A stretch of DNA of 53,315 nt from Cyanobacteriota bacterium (GCA_046045965.1 JBJOKS010000030.1:1-53315); one strand, 5' to 3'; numbered from the stretch's first letter, positions 21,771 to 32,850 are shown. A program made the numbers and translations. Notes: a model not told the origin generated them from the letters alone.

Positions 21771-23216
21771 ATGCAGATTCACACACCAGACTGGGTAAAA
21801 CACGCGGTTTTCTACCAAATATTCCCCGATAGATTCGCTAAAAGCACACAACCCCATAAACGCTTATTAAATAATCCAAAATGGGAAGACTGGGATGCTT
21901 TTCCCACACTTCAAGGTTATAAAGGTGGAGATTTGTGGGGAATTTTAGAACAATTAGACTATATCCAAAGTTTAGGAATTAACGCTATTTACTTTACTCC
22001 AATTTTTCAATCTGCTTGTAATCATCGTTATCACACCCATGATTATTATCAAGTTGATCCTTTATTAGGAGGAAATGCAGCATTTAAAGAACTGCTAGAT
22101 GCAGCACATCAACGTAATATTAAAGTAGTTCTTGATGGCGTTTTTAATCATGCAAGTCGGGGTATTTTCTTCTTTCACGACATCTTAGAAAATGGACCCC
22201 ATTCACCTTGGGTAGATTGGTTTAAAATTCAAGGTTGGCCACTTGCACCATACACAGGTGATGCACCTGCAAATTATGAAAGTTGGGCGGGTATTCGCTC
22301 TTTACCAGTATTTAACCATGATAACCCAGAAGTGCGGGAATATATTATGGAAATTGCCGAATATTGGCTTAAATTTGGTATTGATGGTTGGCGTTTAGAT
22401 GTACCTTTTGAAATTAAAACTCCTGGTTTTTGGCAAGAATTTAGAGAAAGAGTCAAAGCAATAAATCCTGATGCTTATATTGTCGGGGAAGTGTGGACAG
22501 ATTCCCGCGAATGGTTGGATGGAACGCAATTTGATGGGGTGATGAATTATTTATTTACTGGTCCAACTATTGCTTTTACTGCGGGCGATCGCGTAGACTT
22601 AGAACAGGTAAAAGGACGGGATTATGAAACCTATCCACCATTATTTGCTGCTGAATACGCGGAAAAAATTGAGGATTTATTAAAACTTTATCCTTGGGAA
22701 ATTCAACTCACACAACTTAATTTATTAGCAAGTCACGATACAGCGAGATTAATTACCATTGCAGGTGGTGATATTGCAACTGTAGAATTAGCAACTTTAC
22801 TTTTATTAACTTTCCCCGGTGCGCCAAGTGTGTATTATGGTGATGAAGTTGGTTTACCAGGTGCATTAGATCCTGATTGTCGTCGTGGTTTTCCGTTAGC
22901 ATCTAATTGGAATCAAGAAATACTGGAAACTCATAAACAATTAATTTCTCTACGTCATAAATACCCAGCTTTGCGGATTGGAAATTATCAAGTTATTCAT
23001 GCAGAAACAACGCTGTATGTATTTGTGCGAACTTTGGGAAATGAAGAATTAATTATTGCAGTGAATGTGGGTAATGAGTCAGTTACAGCTAGTTTTGATT
23101 GTAGTAATTTACAAAATCAACCGCAAACATTACTGTATGGAAAAGGGGAAATAAAATGGACTGCGAACAATGTTTATTTCAACATTCCTGCGCGTAGTGG
23201 TTGTATTTTGGGTTAA
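21771..23216 (+). CDS. GH13 neopullulanase/cyclomaltodextrinase
   Basis: FYQIFPDRF, DGVFNH, DGWRLDV, GEVW and SHD motifs. Confidence 0.95.
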   Translation: MQIHTPDWVKHAVFYQIFPDRFAKSTQPHKRLLNNPKWEDWDAFPTLQGYKGGDLWGILEQLDYIQSLGINAIYFTPIFQSACNHRYHTHDYYQVDPLLGGNAAFKELLDAAHQRNIKVVLDGVFNHASRGIFFFHDILENGPHSPWVDWFKIQGWPLAPYTGDAPANYESWAGIRSLPVFNHDNPEVREYIMEIAEYWLKFGIDGWRLDVPFEIKTPGFWQEFRERVKAINPDAYIVGEVWTDSREWLDGTQFDGVMNYLFTGPTIAFTAGDRVDLEQVKGRDYETYPPLFAAEYAEKIEDLLKLYPWEIQLTQLNLLASHDTARLITIAGGDIATVELATLLLLTFPGAPSVYYGDEVGLPGALDPDCRRGFPLASNWNQEILETHKQLISLRHKYPALRIGNYQVIHAETTLYVFVRTLGNEELIIAVNVGNESVTASFDCSNLQNQPQTLLYGKGEIKWTANNVYFNIPARSGCILG

Positions 23217-23271
23217 GGATTTTGTTTAACGAACCGCAGAGACGCAGAGGACGCAGAGAAAGGAGGAAATT

Positions 23272-23517
23272 TTAAAGATCGAAATGTCGGTGAAACCGAT
23301 GATCAATTTTATTTGTTTTGCTTTTATTACAAGTTAAACAGAGAGTTTGTAAATTGCTAATATCGTTTTTTCCACCACGAGACAAAGGGATAATATGATC
23401 AATGCTGAGGTTGGTTTCTTGGGAAGTTTTACCGCAGCTTTGACATTGATATTTATCCCTTTGATAAACATAGTTTCTCACTTCTGGAGGGATGGTAATG
23501 CGGGGTGTTTTATTCAT
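23272..23517 (-). CDS. Small HNH endonuclease
   Basis: CQSCG...IDHIIPLSRGG...NLQTLCLTCNKSK. Confidence 0.92.
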   Translation of the reverse strand: MNKTPRITIPPEVRNYVYQRDKYQCQSCGKTSQETNLSIDHIIPLSRGGKNDISNLQTLCLTCNKSKTNKIDHRFHRHFDL

Positions 23518-23535
23518 AATTTTCTGTCTTTCCTT

Positions 23536-24111
23536 CTATTTCTTTAAACCAGCATTTTTAAATATTTCATCAGGTGTAATTTGCAAATTTGGTAATACTT
23601 CGTGACTGATAATTTGCTGATTTCTATAAGTAGTAGGAAGAGAAGATGAGGTAAAAACAGTGATAGTTTGAGATATTGTATCTACTATCCAAACTAAAGA
23701 AATTCCAGCTTGTAAATAATAGGTAGCTTTTTCAATCATATCTCCAAAAGTTTGACCAGGAGAAATAATTTCAATTACTAATTCTGGTGTAACTGGACAA
23801 GGTTCATCTTTTAACCAGTCAATAGGAAGACGATTATAAGACACATAAGTTAAATCTGGTACGGGTATCCAATCTTGTTGATTTTTTGTTAATTTTACAC
23901 TCCATTCAATCACAACGCGACCTTTTTCTTGCGACCATTTAGATAATAATATAAATAGTGATCCTGTGGTTGAACCGTGAAAAAATTTAGGAGACATTTG
24001 CTCATTTTTATATTTAGGTAACGCTTCACCATTCACCAATTCATATACAGTATCACTTTCAGGAAGTGAGAGAAATTCTTCAAGGGTAAGTTTATTTTTA
24101 ATTTGAATCAT
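23536..24111 (-). CDS. Uma2-family (DUF820) endonuclease
   Basis: LTLEEFL, YELVNG, VPDL, PELVIEIISPG and YLQAG...VWIVD motifs. Confidence 0.92.
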   Translation of the reverse strand: MIQIKNKLTLEEFLSLPESDTVYELVNGEALPKYKNEQMSPKFFHGSTTGSLFILLSKWSQEKGRVVIEWSVKLTKNQQDWIPVPDLTYVSYNRLPIDWLKDEPCPVTPELVIEIISPGQTFGDMIEKATYYLQAGISLVWIVDTISQTITVFTSSSLPTTYRNQQIISHEVLPNLQITPDEIFKNAGLKK

Positions 24112-24232
24112 AGTTAGTTGTCTGAATCAGGATGTCCAGGATTTAAGGATTTACAGGATGTTGTTTAATATTTCAATCTTAACCACAAAAGATAGTGAAA
24201 AACCAGATATATCCAATTTATGAATATTGTAT

Positions 24233-24451
24233 TTATGCAGCTTGATTAAATGTTGGTTGTGGAAGATTTTCACCTGTCGTTTGATAAGCTATTACTAATG
24301 ATTCTAAAGCCTCAATTCCATTATTAACTGCTTCTTGATAAGTGTCTCCATGTGTCCGCCAAGTTTGTCCAGGAAAATCGGGAAATCCTACCAAAAAACA
24401 GTTATCTTCTTCTGACCATTGAATTATCATTTGATATTTAAGGTTCATCAT
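24233..24451 (-). CDS. hicB: HicB-family antitoxin
   Basis: WSEEDNCFLVGFPDFPG...THGDTYQEA motif. Confidence 0.9.
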   Translation of the reverse strand: MMNLKYQMIIQWSEEDNCFLVGFPDFPGQTWRTHGDTYQEAVNNGIEALESLVIAYQTTGENLPQPTFNQAA

Positions 24452-24656
24452 TTTCTGTTTTATGTTCTATTTCTTGAATAGCTTGTTTGACTTCTTTTTC
24501 TTGATACTTTTTAGCATCAGCACTATCTTTACCAGAAATAGTGATTTTTCTATTATATAATGGATGTATCCAGTTTGTGTGACTTCCTTTACCGGGAATT
24601 TCTATAAAACCAGCTTGTTTGAGAATTTGTTTTAATTCTCTAATTTTTTTAGGCAT
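24438..24656 (-). CDS. hicA: HicA-family toxin
   Basis: LKQAGF...GKGSHTNWIHP motif; directly upstream of hicB. Confidence 0.9.
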   Translation of the reverse strand: MPKKIRELKQILKQAGFIEIPGKGSHTNWIHPLYNRKITISGKDSADAKKYQEKEVKQAIQEIEHKTENDEP

Positions 24657-24971
24657 TTATTTAATATTTGTCAGAATCAGGATTTACAGGATTTAAGGAT
24701 GTACAGGATTTGATTGGATGTTTAAATTTGGGTATTTGGTGATTATTTAATTTTAGCATATTTTTTATATATTGTATCTAGAAATTAGACTAAATAATAT
24801 TTGTAAAATTATTGTTTTTAACATAAATTAATTTTCCGCATATAAGGTCAGTATATAATTTTCAGCTTTTTATAAAATCCTGTAAATCCTTAAATCCTGG
24901 ACATCCTGATTCTGACAATTAATTAAAATCGCGTCTACACAAACAAAGTCCACCGAAGTGGACTAATTTAT

Positions 24972-25337
24972 TTATGATGTAGCTTCATTTATCTTACGTC
25001 GTAAATCATCAAGCGGTGATTCTGGTTCTTTGATTTCTGTGTCTTCTTCTTCAACATAGAATTCAACGCTGAGTTTTAATTTCACCTTTCCTTTCTTCCA
25101 AGATTTAGAACCTAAGTTTAAAAATTCGCAATCTATACCTTTCTCAAACCAATTATCAGACGGTTTCTGGTTGATTTTGACACCTTTATTACTTAATTCA
25201 CGCTGTAATGCGTATGCTAATGGTTGATTAGATGATTCATTTACAGCTTGTCTCATTTTACTGACTTTATATGTTTTGTTTCCAAACTCAATCACATCAT
25301 CATCGTTACACTCTATCAACTTCAATTTCTCTTCCAT
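24972..25337 (-). CDS. KGK-domain protein
   Basis: WFEKGIDCEFL...WKKGKVKLK...PESPLDDLR; true start is likely MEEKLK at 25337. Confidence 0.88.
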   Translation of the reverse strand: MEEKLKLIECNDDDVIEFGNKTYKVSKMRQAVNESSNQPLAYALQRELSNKGVKINQKPSDNWFEKGIDCEFLNLGSKSWKKGKVKLKLSVEFYVEEEDTEIKEPESPLDDLRRKINEATS

Positions 25338-25422
25338 CTCTTTCCTCCTCTGCGTCTCTGCGGTTCGTTCAAAAAAAACATCAGGTGAACACAGAAAAAC
25401 CGCATTCACCCAAAAAATTATA

Positions 25423-27807
25423 CTACACCTCTTCTCCCCCAATTACAGGTAAAAGATGTTCATATAACTGCATAGCTTGTAAACAACTATTAATTCCCAA
25501 AACAGCAGAATTATACTCCTGAATTTTCTCCTCAACTTGATTTAACAAACGTTGATTATTAGCAATCTTTTCCTCAGCTTCCTGTTGCAAAGTCTTCTCT
25601 AAATAAGCACGCGCATGGGGATAAAGTTGTAAAATCTCATCTGCTTGGGTTTCCCCCATTGGTAATAACAGAGTTTTGATAGTTTGGTTGATAGTTTGAC
25701 GGAAAGATTTACGAATGGTAACTTCAACTTTTGGTTCAAAATCTAACTTCAATAATTGTCTAATTGCAGGTTCAGCTTCTCTGATACTTTCTGCATCGTA
25801 AGCTTGGGATGTTTGTTGTAATGTTTGTCGAAATTGATAAATTGAAAAAGTCCCTTCATCATAAAATCTCGGACTTTCTCTGACAAATCTATCGCATTCA
25901 ACACTAGCAGCAGTTACCAAAGCTTGAGAAATCAATTTTTCAATCGCTTTTACCTGTAATTCAATTCCCCCATCATTACCTAATAAGCGATACAATTGAC
26001 GGTAATATTCTGATTTTCTAATCTTTTCCATTATCTGTCGGAATAGATTAGCAATTACTTGTTCACAAGACTCAATTAAAATGTCTTCCAACTGATTTGA
26101 TAAATAATAAAATGCTTCCACCAAAATAGCTAGTAAAGGTGCAGTTGCATTTCTTGGATGACTTAAAGTTGCACGACGATAAGCATCAGCTACAGAAAAA
26201 CTATCCAGTAATTCATCCAAACGACGAATCATTTTTGATTGTAATTGTCGAAAATCAGCTTCAAAATCCTCACAATGATTATTAATGATTTTGTTGACTT
26301 CATCATTAATGTGCTGATGAAAATCTCTACCAACTTGCTGGAGTTGCTGATTTAATTTTTGCAACTCATATTCTTTCATGCTTTCGATTTCTCGCGGTTG
26401 ACTATCTAAGTCTCGTTGTACACTTTGATAGTGTTTTTTGATTTTGATGCAAATATCTCCTAAGTCATCCGCGAGATTTTTAAATAACTGGGGACGTTTT
26501 TCTTCCGTGAGATAACGAGTAATTGAAGTGCGGAATTCTTCAATTCCACTATCTTGAATGAGTTGGTTAATTAATGGTGTTCCCTGTTCTTTTAAAATTC
26601 TCACATAGTTTTGATTAGGAGTTTCAAAACCGTGGAGAGAAATTTGGAATTGACTAGGAGAAAGTTTACCAGCATTAACGCAATAATTATTGAAAGCGTA
26701 AACAAATTGCGGTGTGTCTTCTTCTCCTTCTAAACTTTTAACACTTTCCGCAAAAATCGAATCCAAACCAAATCTATCTAATTGACTGGTTTGCTTGAGT
26801 TGACTACCATAAAAACCTAATAAACCACTGGTTTTATAAACCCTGCTACTATCTCGAAATTGACTGTTAATCAAATTTTCTAATCTTTGTCGTAATTGGT
26901 TATTGTACCAAGTTTCATCAATGCGGTTGAAGATATAAAAAACCCTGTCTCTAATACCTGCATTTTCCCGCATGGTTTCTAACAATTCTGTTTCTTCTTT
27001 TGTCATATCTCCTGCGGATGCAGGTTTGAGAACACAGACTACTGCTGATGTATCTGGATGTTGAATTTTCGCATAAGTTAATTGTGCATCTTTCTCTACA
27101 GGTGCATCAATTCCAGGTGTATCAATAATGATATTACCATCTTCTAAAAGCGGATGATAACAATAATATTCAATTCGTTTCAAAACCGCACTATTACTAC
27201 CTCTTCGTGCATATCCCGCAGCTTCTTTAAGGTTGGTAAAATTAAATTGTTCCATTGAATAAGTAGCATTATTGAAGGTATTAATTCTCTCACGGTTCGC
27301 TACATATCCATCCAATAATAAAGTTAACGCTTTTGCTTGTTTTGCAAGTTCTGATTTGCTTTCTCCACCTTCTTTTTGAATAATTGCTTGACAACCTTGA
27401 TGCAATAAATCAATTACATCTTGTTTATTGATATTTTCAACAGTATTGAATCCCAATTGTTGACACAAAAAAACAGCTTGTTCTTGTATTTCTGCTTCAC
27501 TCAAAAAGGTTAAAACTACCCTTTCTTCATTTGCTGGTGCATATTCAATTTTGCATTCTGTACCAGTCGCGTGTCCTTCTGCACTATATAATAATTCTCT
27601 CTCTAATAGTGCATTAATTAACATTGATTTCCCTGCACTAAAAGCACCTGCAAACACAATTTCAAACTTGGGAGAAATGGCTTTATCTAAAGATATCTGC
27701 ACAGATGTAATATCTTGCGATCGCAAAGCTACTTCTTGATGTAATAGTTGTAGAATTGTCTCAACTTGTGCTTGCAGTTGCTGACACTGGGGGGCTAAAT
27801 TTGACAT
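25423..27807 (-). CDS. Dynamin-like GTPase
   Basis: G1 GAFSAGKS, G2 ATG, G3 DTPG and G4-like NRID; long helical stalk; adjacent KGK gene. Confidence 0.9.
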   Translation of the reverse strand: MSNLAPQCQQLQAQVETILQLLHQEVALRSQDITSVQISLDKAISPKFEIVFAGAFSAGKSMLINALLERELLYSAEGHATGTECKIEYAPANEERVVLTFLSEAEIQEQAVFLCQQLGFNTVENINKQDVIDLLHQGCQAIIQKEGGESKSELAKQAKALTLLLDGYVANRERINTFNNATYSMEQFNFTNLKEAAGYARRGSNSAVLKRIEYYCYHPLLEDGNIIIDTPGIDAPVEKDAQLTYAKIQHPDTSAVVCVLKPASAGDMTKEETELLETMRENAGIRDRVFYIFNRIDETWYNNQLRQRLENLINSQFRDSSRVYKTSGLLGFYGSQLKQTSQLDRFGLDSIFAESVKSLEGEEDTPQFVYAFNNYCVNAGKLSPSQFQISLHGFETPNQNYVRILKEQGTPLINQLIQDSGIEEFRTSITRYLTEEKRPQLFKNLADDLGDICIKIKKHYQSVQRDLDSQPREIESMKEYELQKLNQQLQQVGRDFHQHINDEVNKIINNHCEDFEADFRQLQSKMIRRLDELLDSFSVADAYRRATLSHPRNATAPLLAILVEAFYYLSNQLEDILIESCEQVIANLFRQIMEKIRKSEYYRQLYRLLGNDGGIELQVKAIEKLISQALVTAASVECDRFVRESPRFYDEGTFSIYQFRQTLQQTSQAYDAESIREAEPAIRQLLKLDFEPKVEVTIRKSFRQTINQTIKTLLLPMGETQADEILQLYPHARAYLEKTLQQEAEEKIANNQRLLNQVEEKIQEYNSAVLGINSCLQAMQLYEHLLPVIGGEEV

Positions 27808-27973
27808 GATAAGTAATAAACTAGGTATAGCAGTATTGTAATACTACTTATCACAATTTAGCTACATTGTAACCAAATTACTACGAGTCATATCATGCCT
27901 GAGTATTTTCAATACCCTTTTCTTCATCTTCACAGGTTCATTTTATGCCCTTGTCTACTATATTCTGTAAGCA

Positions 27974-28702
27974 CTATTTAGCTACAAGTTGTTTAATAGT
28001 GTCTATTTCAGATTCAGTAGGAACGATCCATTGTTCAATATTCAATTCATTTAAAATATCTTTTCCTTTGGGATTTTGATTCATTTCTAAAAGAATTGAA
28101 GTTAAAGTATTCTGAATTTGAGTTGCTTTTGATGCTAAAACAATCTCATGAAAAATGGTTTTTCTTTCCGATGTTGCTATATATTTCACTAGATTTTTTG
28201 TTGTTTCTCCTAATTCATCATAAGTATCCTTATAAACAAAACCCAAGGATGCGTCAGTTTCCTTATTAGCGATCGCTTTAATCACAGCTAACCAACTAGG
28301 TTTATCAATCACTTCAGAAGGTGTAATTCCCTGAATTTCCAAGGCATTTAATCCCACTTTAGTGGCTACCATCTTCGACACACTCACCACTTTAGAACCT
28401 TGAAATGATTGTAGAGACGGGTTATCTAGATCAGGATGGGCAATAAAAACCACTTCATCATATAAATTAGTTGAACGTGCTACAGAAATAAAATTGTTGT
28501 TCAACAAATTTACTGTATCACCTGGATTAGCATAAACGATATCAGCATCATTCATCTTTTGATGAAATTCCTGAAAATCCATTGCTAATTCAAAATGGAC
28601 TACTTGATCAAGATTTTGGCTTAGATATTGTGCAAATCTAAACCAGCGATCTGGTTTTTTTGCTGTATCATGAGGGCAAACCATTAAATTTAGTTTATCC
28701 AT
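27974..28702 (-). CDS. PhnD/SsuA-like substrate-binding-fold protein, no signal peptide
   Basis: DIVYANP and a LLEM...GKDILNEL C-terminal pattern typical of phosphonate-binding folds. Confidence 0.6.
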   Translation of the reverse strand: MDKLNLMVCPHDTAKKPDRWFRFAQYLSQNLDQVVHFELAMDFQEFHQKMNDADIVYANPGDTVNLLNNNFISVARSTNLYDEVVFIAHPDLDNPSLQSFQGSKVVSVSKMVATKVGLNALEIQGITPSEVIDKPSWLAVIKAIANKETDASLGFVYKDTYDELGETTKNLVKYIATSERKTIFHEIVLASKATQIQNTLTSILLEMNQNPKGKDILNELNIEQWIVPTESEIDTIKQLVAK

Positions 28703-28895
28703 TGTTAATTCTTCCTTAAATTTAGAGAATGAAGTTTATTGTGTTCCTCTTTGTATTGTTGCTCAGTATACTGCCTTAATATTGATACGAGTTACAGAAT
28801 TTAACATATATTCTGCAAACGCCTAAAGTTACATTTTTTTCAGCATTGAGTATATTTTAGCAAATTCTAGTTGGGTAAGACTTCAGTAAAATCCC

Positions 28896-31382
28896 TTATA
28901 TTACACCCAAAGCACCACGAGTTACACCTAATTGGTTTTGCAACTTCAATTTTTGCCAAAGTTGAGAACCAGTGATTTCTCCTTGCAGAAGTTGTTGATA
29001 ATAATGTATTGTTGTGGTTACTTGTTCTGGTGTTTCGTTGAGAAATTCAATTCTCAAATGTTGTAAACCCAAACTTATCAATCTCTGCACATATTCCGCA
29101 CCAGTTTGTGCAGTTGCATTGTATACTGTATTTCTGCATCCTGCGTCAGCTTTAAGAATGTGTTCACTACCTACTCTGTCTCTTATTTTTACTTCCTGTT
29201 TTTCGCAAGGTCTACCGCAGTTGGTGTAGTCTGTTCCTTCAGAAAGAAAAGCACAAAATACACAATGTTCCATGTGAAACATAGGGATATGTTGATGTAT
29301 TGTCACTTCCAAAAATTGAGGTGAGTAACTGGTAATTAAATCTTCAAGTTGGTTAATATTTAAGTCGTAGGATGCTGTTAACCTTTCTAAATTAAAACGT
29401 TGTTGAAAGTAATCTGCGGTTAAGGGGTTAGCAACATTTAAAGAGAAATCTCCAATACATCTTGCATCAGCAAAATATTCTAATTGGTCATAATTTCTAA
29501 TTAAATAACCATCAGCACCAGTATCTTTAACTTGTTTTAAAATCCAATTTTCTCCAGATTTAGTAATACGCGGTGGTGCAACAAAGATATTTGCGGATTT
29601 TTGCGATTCTCTGAATATTTGTACTGCTTCTCGATAATTGCGCGGGTCTTCAAATTCACAGTATATGGTTTTAATGTCTGCGGTTACTGCTGCTTTTAAT
29701 TGTTTGATATTTCTCACTAAAACAATGAGAGAAGGAGACGCGGTAATATGTGAGGATTTAGGTTTAATTAAATCTGTCCATTTTGCATGATGATTTAATT
29801 GCCAAAGTTTGGGTTTACTTCTTAATTCTTCCAACTGCTTGACAATTTCCCGACGCATCTTATTTAATTCACTCACGGGTAACATCACCTTACCAATAAG
29901 ATGATTTTTCAAAGTTTGTAAATAAAATGGTGTATTACCTAAACGTCCCAATTGTTCCTTTAATTTTTCATCTGTTAAAGGTTTAGTGTGTGCTTCTACT
30001 AACAATATTTCCGATTCGATTTTAACGATGTTACCCAGTTCATCATCAGCTATAGCTATTAATTTCTCTCCCACTTCACCATACACATCTATATTAATAG
30101 GTCTGGTAAATTGCGGATGTTCTCCCTCATAACTTTGACGAATTTGTTTATCTAATTCTGGGTCACTGGTTTTCCAAACTTTATCACCTCTATGAATTTT
30201 CAACCAATTCAAATCATCTCTACCAAAAGTTAAAATTACCTCTTTTCCTTTGGGAATAACTTCATATATTCTTCCCCCTTCTTCCCTCGCTTCTGGATGT
30301 CCGCAGTCAAACACCACACCATCACCGGGTTTTACAGGTGCTGCTATTTTCACGGTTATTTGTTCATTTCTAACGCGGGTAACTTCTCCTAAATAAACAC
30401 CGCGTTTTTTTCCGAAGTTTGCGTGAACTAATTCTTGATTATTTATTCCCTCAAACCAACCAGTATACAGTCCGCGAGAAAATGCCATTTCTAAATTATA
30501 TTGGTCTTTTTCCCTACTAAAAAATTGCTCTATATTCTGTTCTTTAATTTTATCTAATGCTTTTCTATAAACTTGCGTAACATTAGCAACGTATTCTGGT
30601 GCTTTTAATCTTCCTTCAATTTTTAAAGAAGTAACTCCAGATTTTACCAACTCCGGTAAAACTTCTAAACCTGCTAAATCTTGAGGACTAAGTAAATATT
30701 TACGATTACCTAAATCGACAATTTCACCATCTGCAATTAAATCATAAGGCATTCTACAAGCTTGAGCGCATTCACCTCTATTTGCAGAACGTCCTCCTAA
30801 TGCTTCGCTGGTTAAACATTGTCCAGAATAAGCAACACACAAAGCACCATGAACGAAAACTTCTAAAGGTAAAACTGCTTGTTTTTGAGATATTTGTTGT
30901 TGAATTTTATTGATTTCAGAAATCGAACATTCCCGCGCTAAAACTACTAATTGACATCCCAAAGATTTAGCAAATTCTACCCCCGCAGCACTGGTAATAG
31001 TCATCTGCGTTGATGCGTGAATAGGAAAGTCGGGGGAAAGATGACGAATTAAACGACAAATACCCACATCTTGGACGATGAGAGCATCGACACCCGCAGA
31101 AATGATAGTTTTGAGGTATTGCTGTGCTTCGGTGAGTTCCTGGGGAAAAATCAGGGTATTGAGAGTGATATAACCTTTGACTCCCCGTAGGTGCAGAAAT
31201 TCCATTAATTCGGGTAAGTCTGCTTCTGTGAAATTCTCAGCCCTCATTCTCGCGTTAAACTTGTCTAAACCAAAGTAAATCGCATCTGCACCATTTTCTA
31301 CTGCTGCTTCTGCACATTCCCAGTTACCCGCAGGTGCTAGGAGTTCGGGGAGTTTGATTTTTTTTGTGGTGGTGCTTGTCAT
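28896..31382 (-). CDS. U32 peptidase-family protein with DUF3656 (RlhA-like)
   Basis: ELLAPAG, HASTQM, EVFVHGALCVAYSGQC, NRGECAQACR and KIEGR motifs. Confidence 0.9.
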   Translation of the reverse strand: MTSTTTKKIKLPELLAPAGNWECAEAAVENGADAIYFGLDKFNARMRAENFTEADLPELMEFLHLRGVKGYITLNTLIFPQELTEAQQYLKTIISAGVDALIVQDVGICRLIRHLSPDFPIHASTQMTITSAAGVEFAKSLGCQLVVLARECSISEINKIQQQISQKQAVLPLEVFVHGALCVAYSGQCLTSEALGGRSANRGECAQACRMPYDLIADGEIVDLGNRKYLLSPQDLAGLEVLPELVKSGVTSLKIEGRLKAPEYVANVTQVYRKALDKIKEQNIEQFFSREKDQYNLEMAFSRGLYTGWFEGINNQELVHANFGKKRGVYLGEVTRVRNEQITVKIAAPVKPGDGVVFDCGHPEAREEGGRIYEVIPKGKEVILTFGRDDLNWLKIHRGDKVWKTSDPELDKQIRQSYEGEHPQFTRPINIDVYGEVGEKLIAIADDELGNIVKIESEILLVEAHTKPLTDEKLKEQLGRLGNTPFYLQTLKNHLIGKVMLPVSELNKMRREIVKQLEELRSKPKLWQLNHHAKWTDLIKPKSSHITASPSLIVLVRNIKQLKAAVTADIKTIYCEFEDPRNYREAVQIFRESQKSANIFVAPPRITKSGENWILKQVKDTGADGYLIRNYDQLEYFADARCIGDFSLNVANPLTADYFQQRFNLERLTASYDLNINQLEDLITSYSPQFLEVTIHQHIPMFHMEHCVFCAFLSEGTDYTNCGRPCEKQEVKIRDRVGSEHILKADAGCRNTVYNATAQTGAEYVQRLISLGLQHLRIEFLNETPEQVTTTIHYYQQLLQGEITGSQLWQKLKLQNQLGVTRGALGVI

Positions 31383-31753
31383 TGCGGTCAGGGTTTACGT
31401 CAGTTTATAGATTGTATCTAAGTTGGTGGGGAGTTGTGGGAAGCATCGGGTAATTACATCTACCCTGTTCAAAATATACAAACATAAATGATTTCAAAAT
31501 TTACTTTTTGAGTTTATTGTTTGCATATTTAGGATTTACTAATAAGAAATTATTAACTTGACATCCTCTAGGATGCCTTGCAATTTACTTTCTTCTATTT
31601 TATCAATAATTCTTTGCTTATGTCATATAGTAAATTTATACAAACTTAATTTGTATAAAGTGTAACATAATTAAATTGGCATTTGATGAAAATCATGGAA
31701 ATGAAGCAAATAAGGACTAGTGTGAGGATAATGATTCAGGAAATAGGTAACAT

Positions 31754-32299
31754 CTAAACTGTAGAAGTAACACCCACAGACGATAAAAACTTAATCAAAT
31801 CCTGTATCAACGTATGTTGTTGCAATATCTTAATTTCATCATCGCTGATATTGCTAAATATTTTCTCAAAAATTGGCGTATCTTTGCCTAAAACTTCTAC
31901 CAAAAACTTTTTTGGCTGACTTTTAGCAAATTGCCATTCTAAAGCATTAAAGCTACGTTCAGCTATTTTCTCAATTAAGAATTTATCTTCTAAGAAAATA
32001 ACTTCTATTTCTGGAACTGCGAGGATAACTTTGTAAGGAATACCAGGTGAAGCCCTATGTAATAAATAATTAACTACATCAGATTTTTCATAAATTTGAT
32101 TTTCATTTTCTGTATCTGCATCTAAAACAATAGCAACAGGAGTTGACCTAGTAGCCAGCAGAGAACTTGCTAAGGAACGTACTCCATACTGTCCTTCACC
32201 CGCTACAAATTTAATATCTTGAATAAGATATTGTGGTAATAATCGCTTTAAAATTTCTATATCTGTTTTACCTTCTGTAATAATATAAGCTAGAGTCAT
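31754..32299 (-). CDS. TOPRIM-like hypothetical protein
   Basis: IITEGKTD and IVLDAD acidic motifs; overlaps the upstream gene (ATGA). Confidence 0.6.
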   Translation of the reverse strand: MTLAYIITEGKTDIEILKRLLPQYLIQDIKFVAGEGQYGVRSLASSLLATRSTPVAIVLDADTENENQIYEKSDVVNYLLHRASPGIPYKVILAVPEIEVIFLEDKFLIEKIAERSFNALEWQFAKSQPKKFLVEVLGKDTPIFEKIFSNISDDEIKILQQHTLIQDLIKFLSSVGVTSTV

Positions 32300-32850
32300 T
32301 CTATAGCCTCCATTGTAATGTTGTAATTAGGAAGACCTTGCTCAATGCAGAACCAATATTTTTTTAGTAATGCCTTACTTATACATTTATTTTCCAGTGA
32401 GTATTTAATTTCTGATCCCACCCATAATAGGATGGTTTGAGGAGCAACAAACCCAGCTAAAGTTTCAGCAGCTTCTGTAAATCCTTTCCGACTAAATACG
32501 CTACCAATAGTTGTTACAGGTCTTCGGAGTAATTGATTTCGTAGCTTGGCTATAGGTTCAATTTTAGCTGGCTTATCCATATCTTTACATTCTATCAAAC
32601 AAGCTAAACTAGCTACATAAACTACTCCATCAATTTGCTCTATTTCTTCTCCATCAATTCTCACACTATAAGGCCAAGTTACATCAGCACCATCAAGTTG
32701 AAATGCACGTAGAACTAAATACTCTAATGCTTTACCTGCATCCCAACCCAGAGTCTTAGTATTACCTAACTCAATTGCTGTCCATAGTTTAATTAAATCA
32801 TCCCAGCCATATTGTGAAATTTTGGCTTCATACTCTGCATTTGTAGACAT
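32296..32850 (-). CDS. Mrr-like restriction endonuclease domain protein
   Basis: GKALEYLV...EQIDG...LIECKD PD-(D/E)xK pattern and a GFT motif. Confidence 0.75.
   Translation of the reverse strand: MSTNAEYEAKISQYGWDDLIKLWTAIELGNTKTLGWDAGKALEYLVLRAFQLDGADVTWPYSVRIDGEEIEQIDGVVYVASLACLIECKDMDKPAKIEPIAKLRNQLLRRPVTTIGSVFSRKGFTEAAETLAGFVAPQTILLWVGSEIKYSLENKCISKALLKKYWFCIEQGLPNYNITMEAIE

Larger units (their letters stand above)
24118..24918. repeat. Three copies of a 42-bp dispersed repeat: 24118-24159 (+), 24668-24709 (+), 24877-24918 (-)
   Basis: Consensus ttgtc(a/t)gaatcaggatgtccaggatttaaggatttacaggat; copies 1 and 3 match 41/42, copies 2 and 3 match 39/42. Confidence 0.9.

Noticed and set aside
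25338..25442. N-terminal extension of the KGK ORF shown in the ORF track
   Set aside because: It is translated from a dispersed repeat and overlaps the dynamin 3' end; ATG 25337 has a better RBS.
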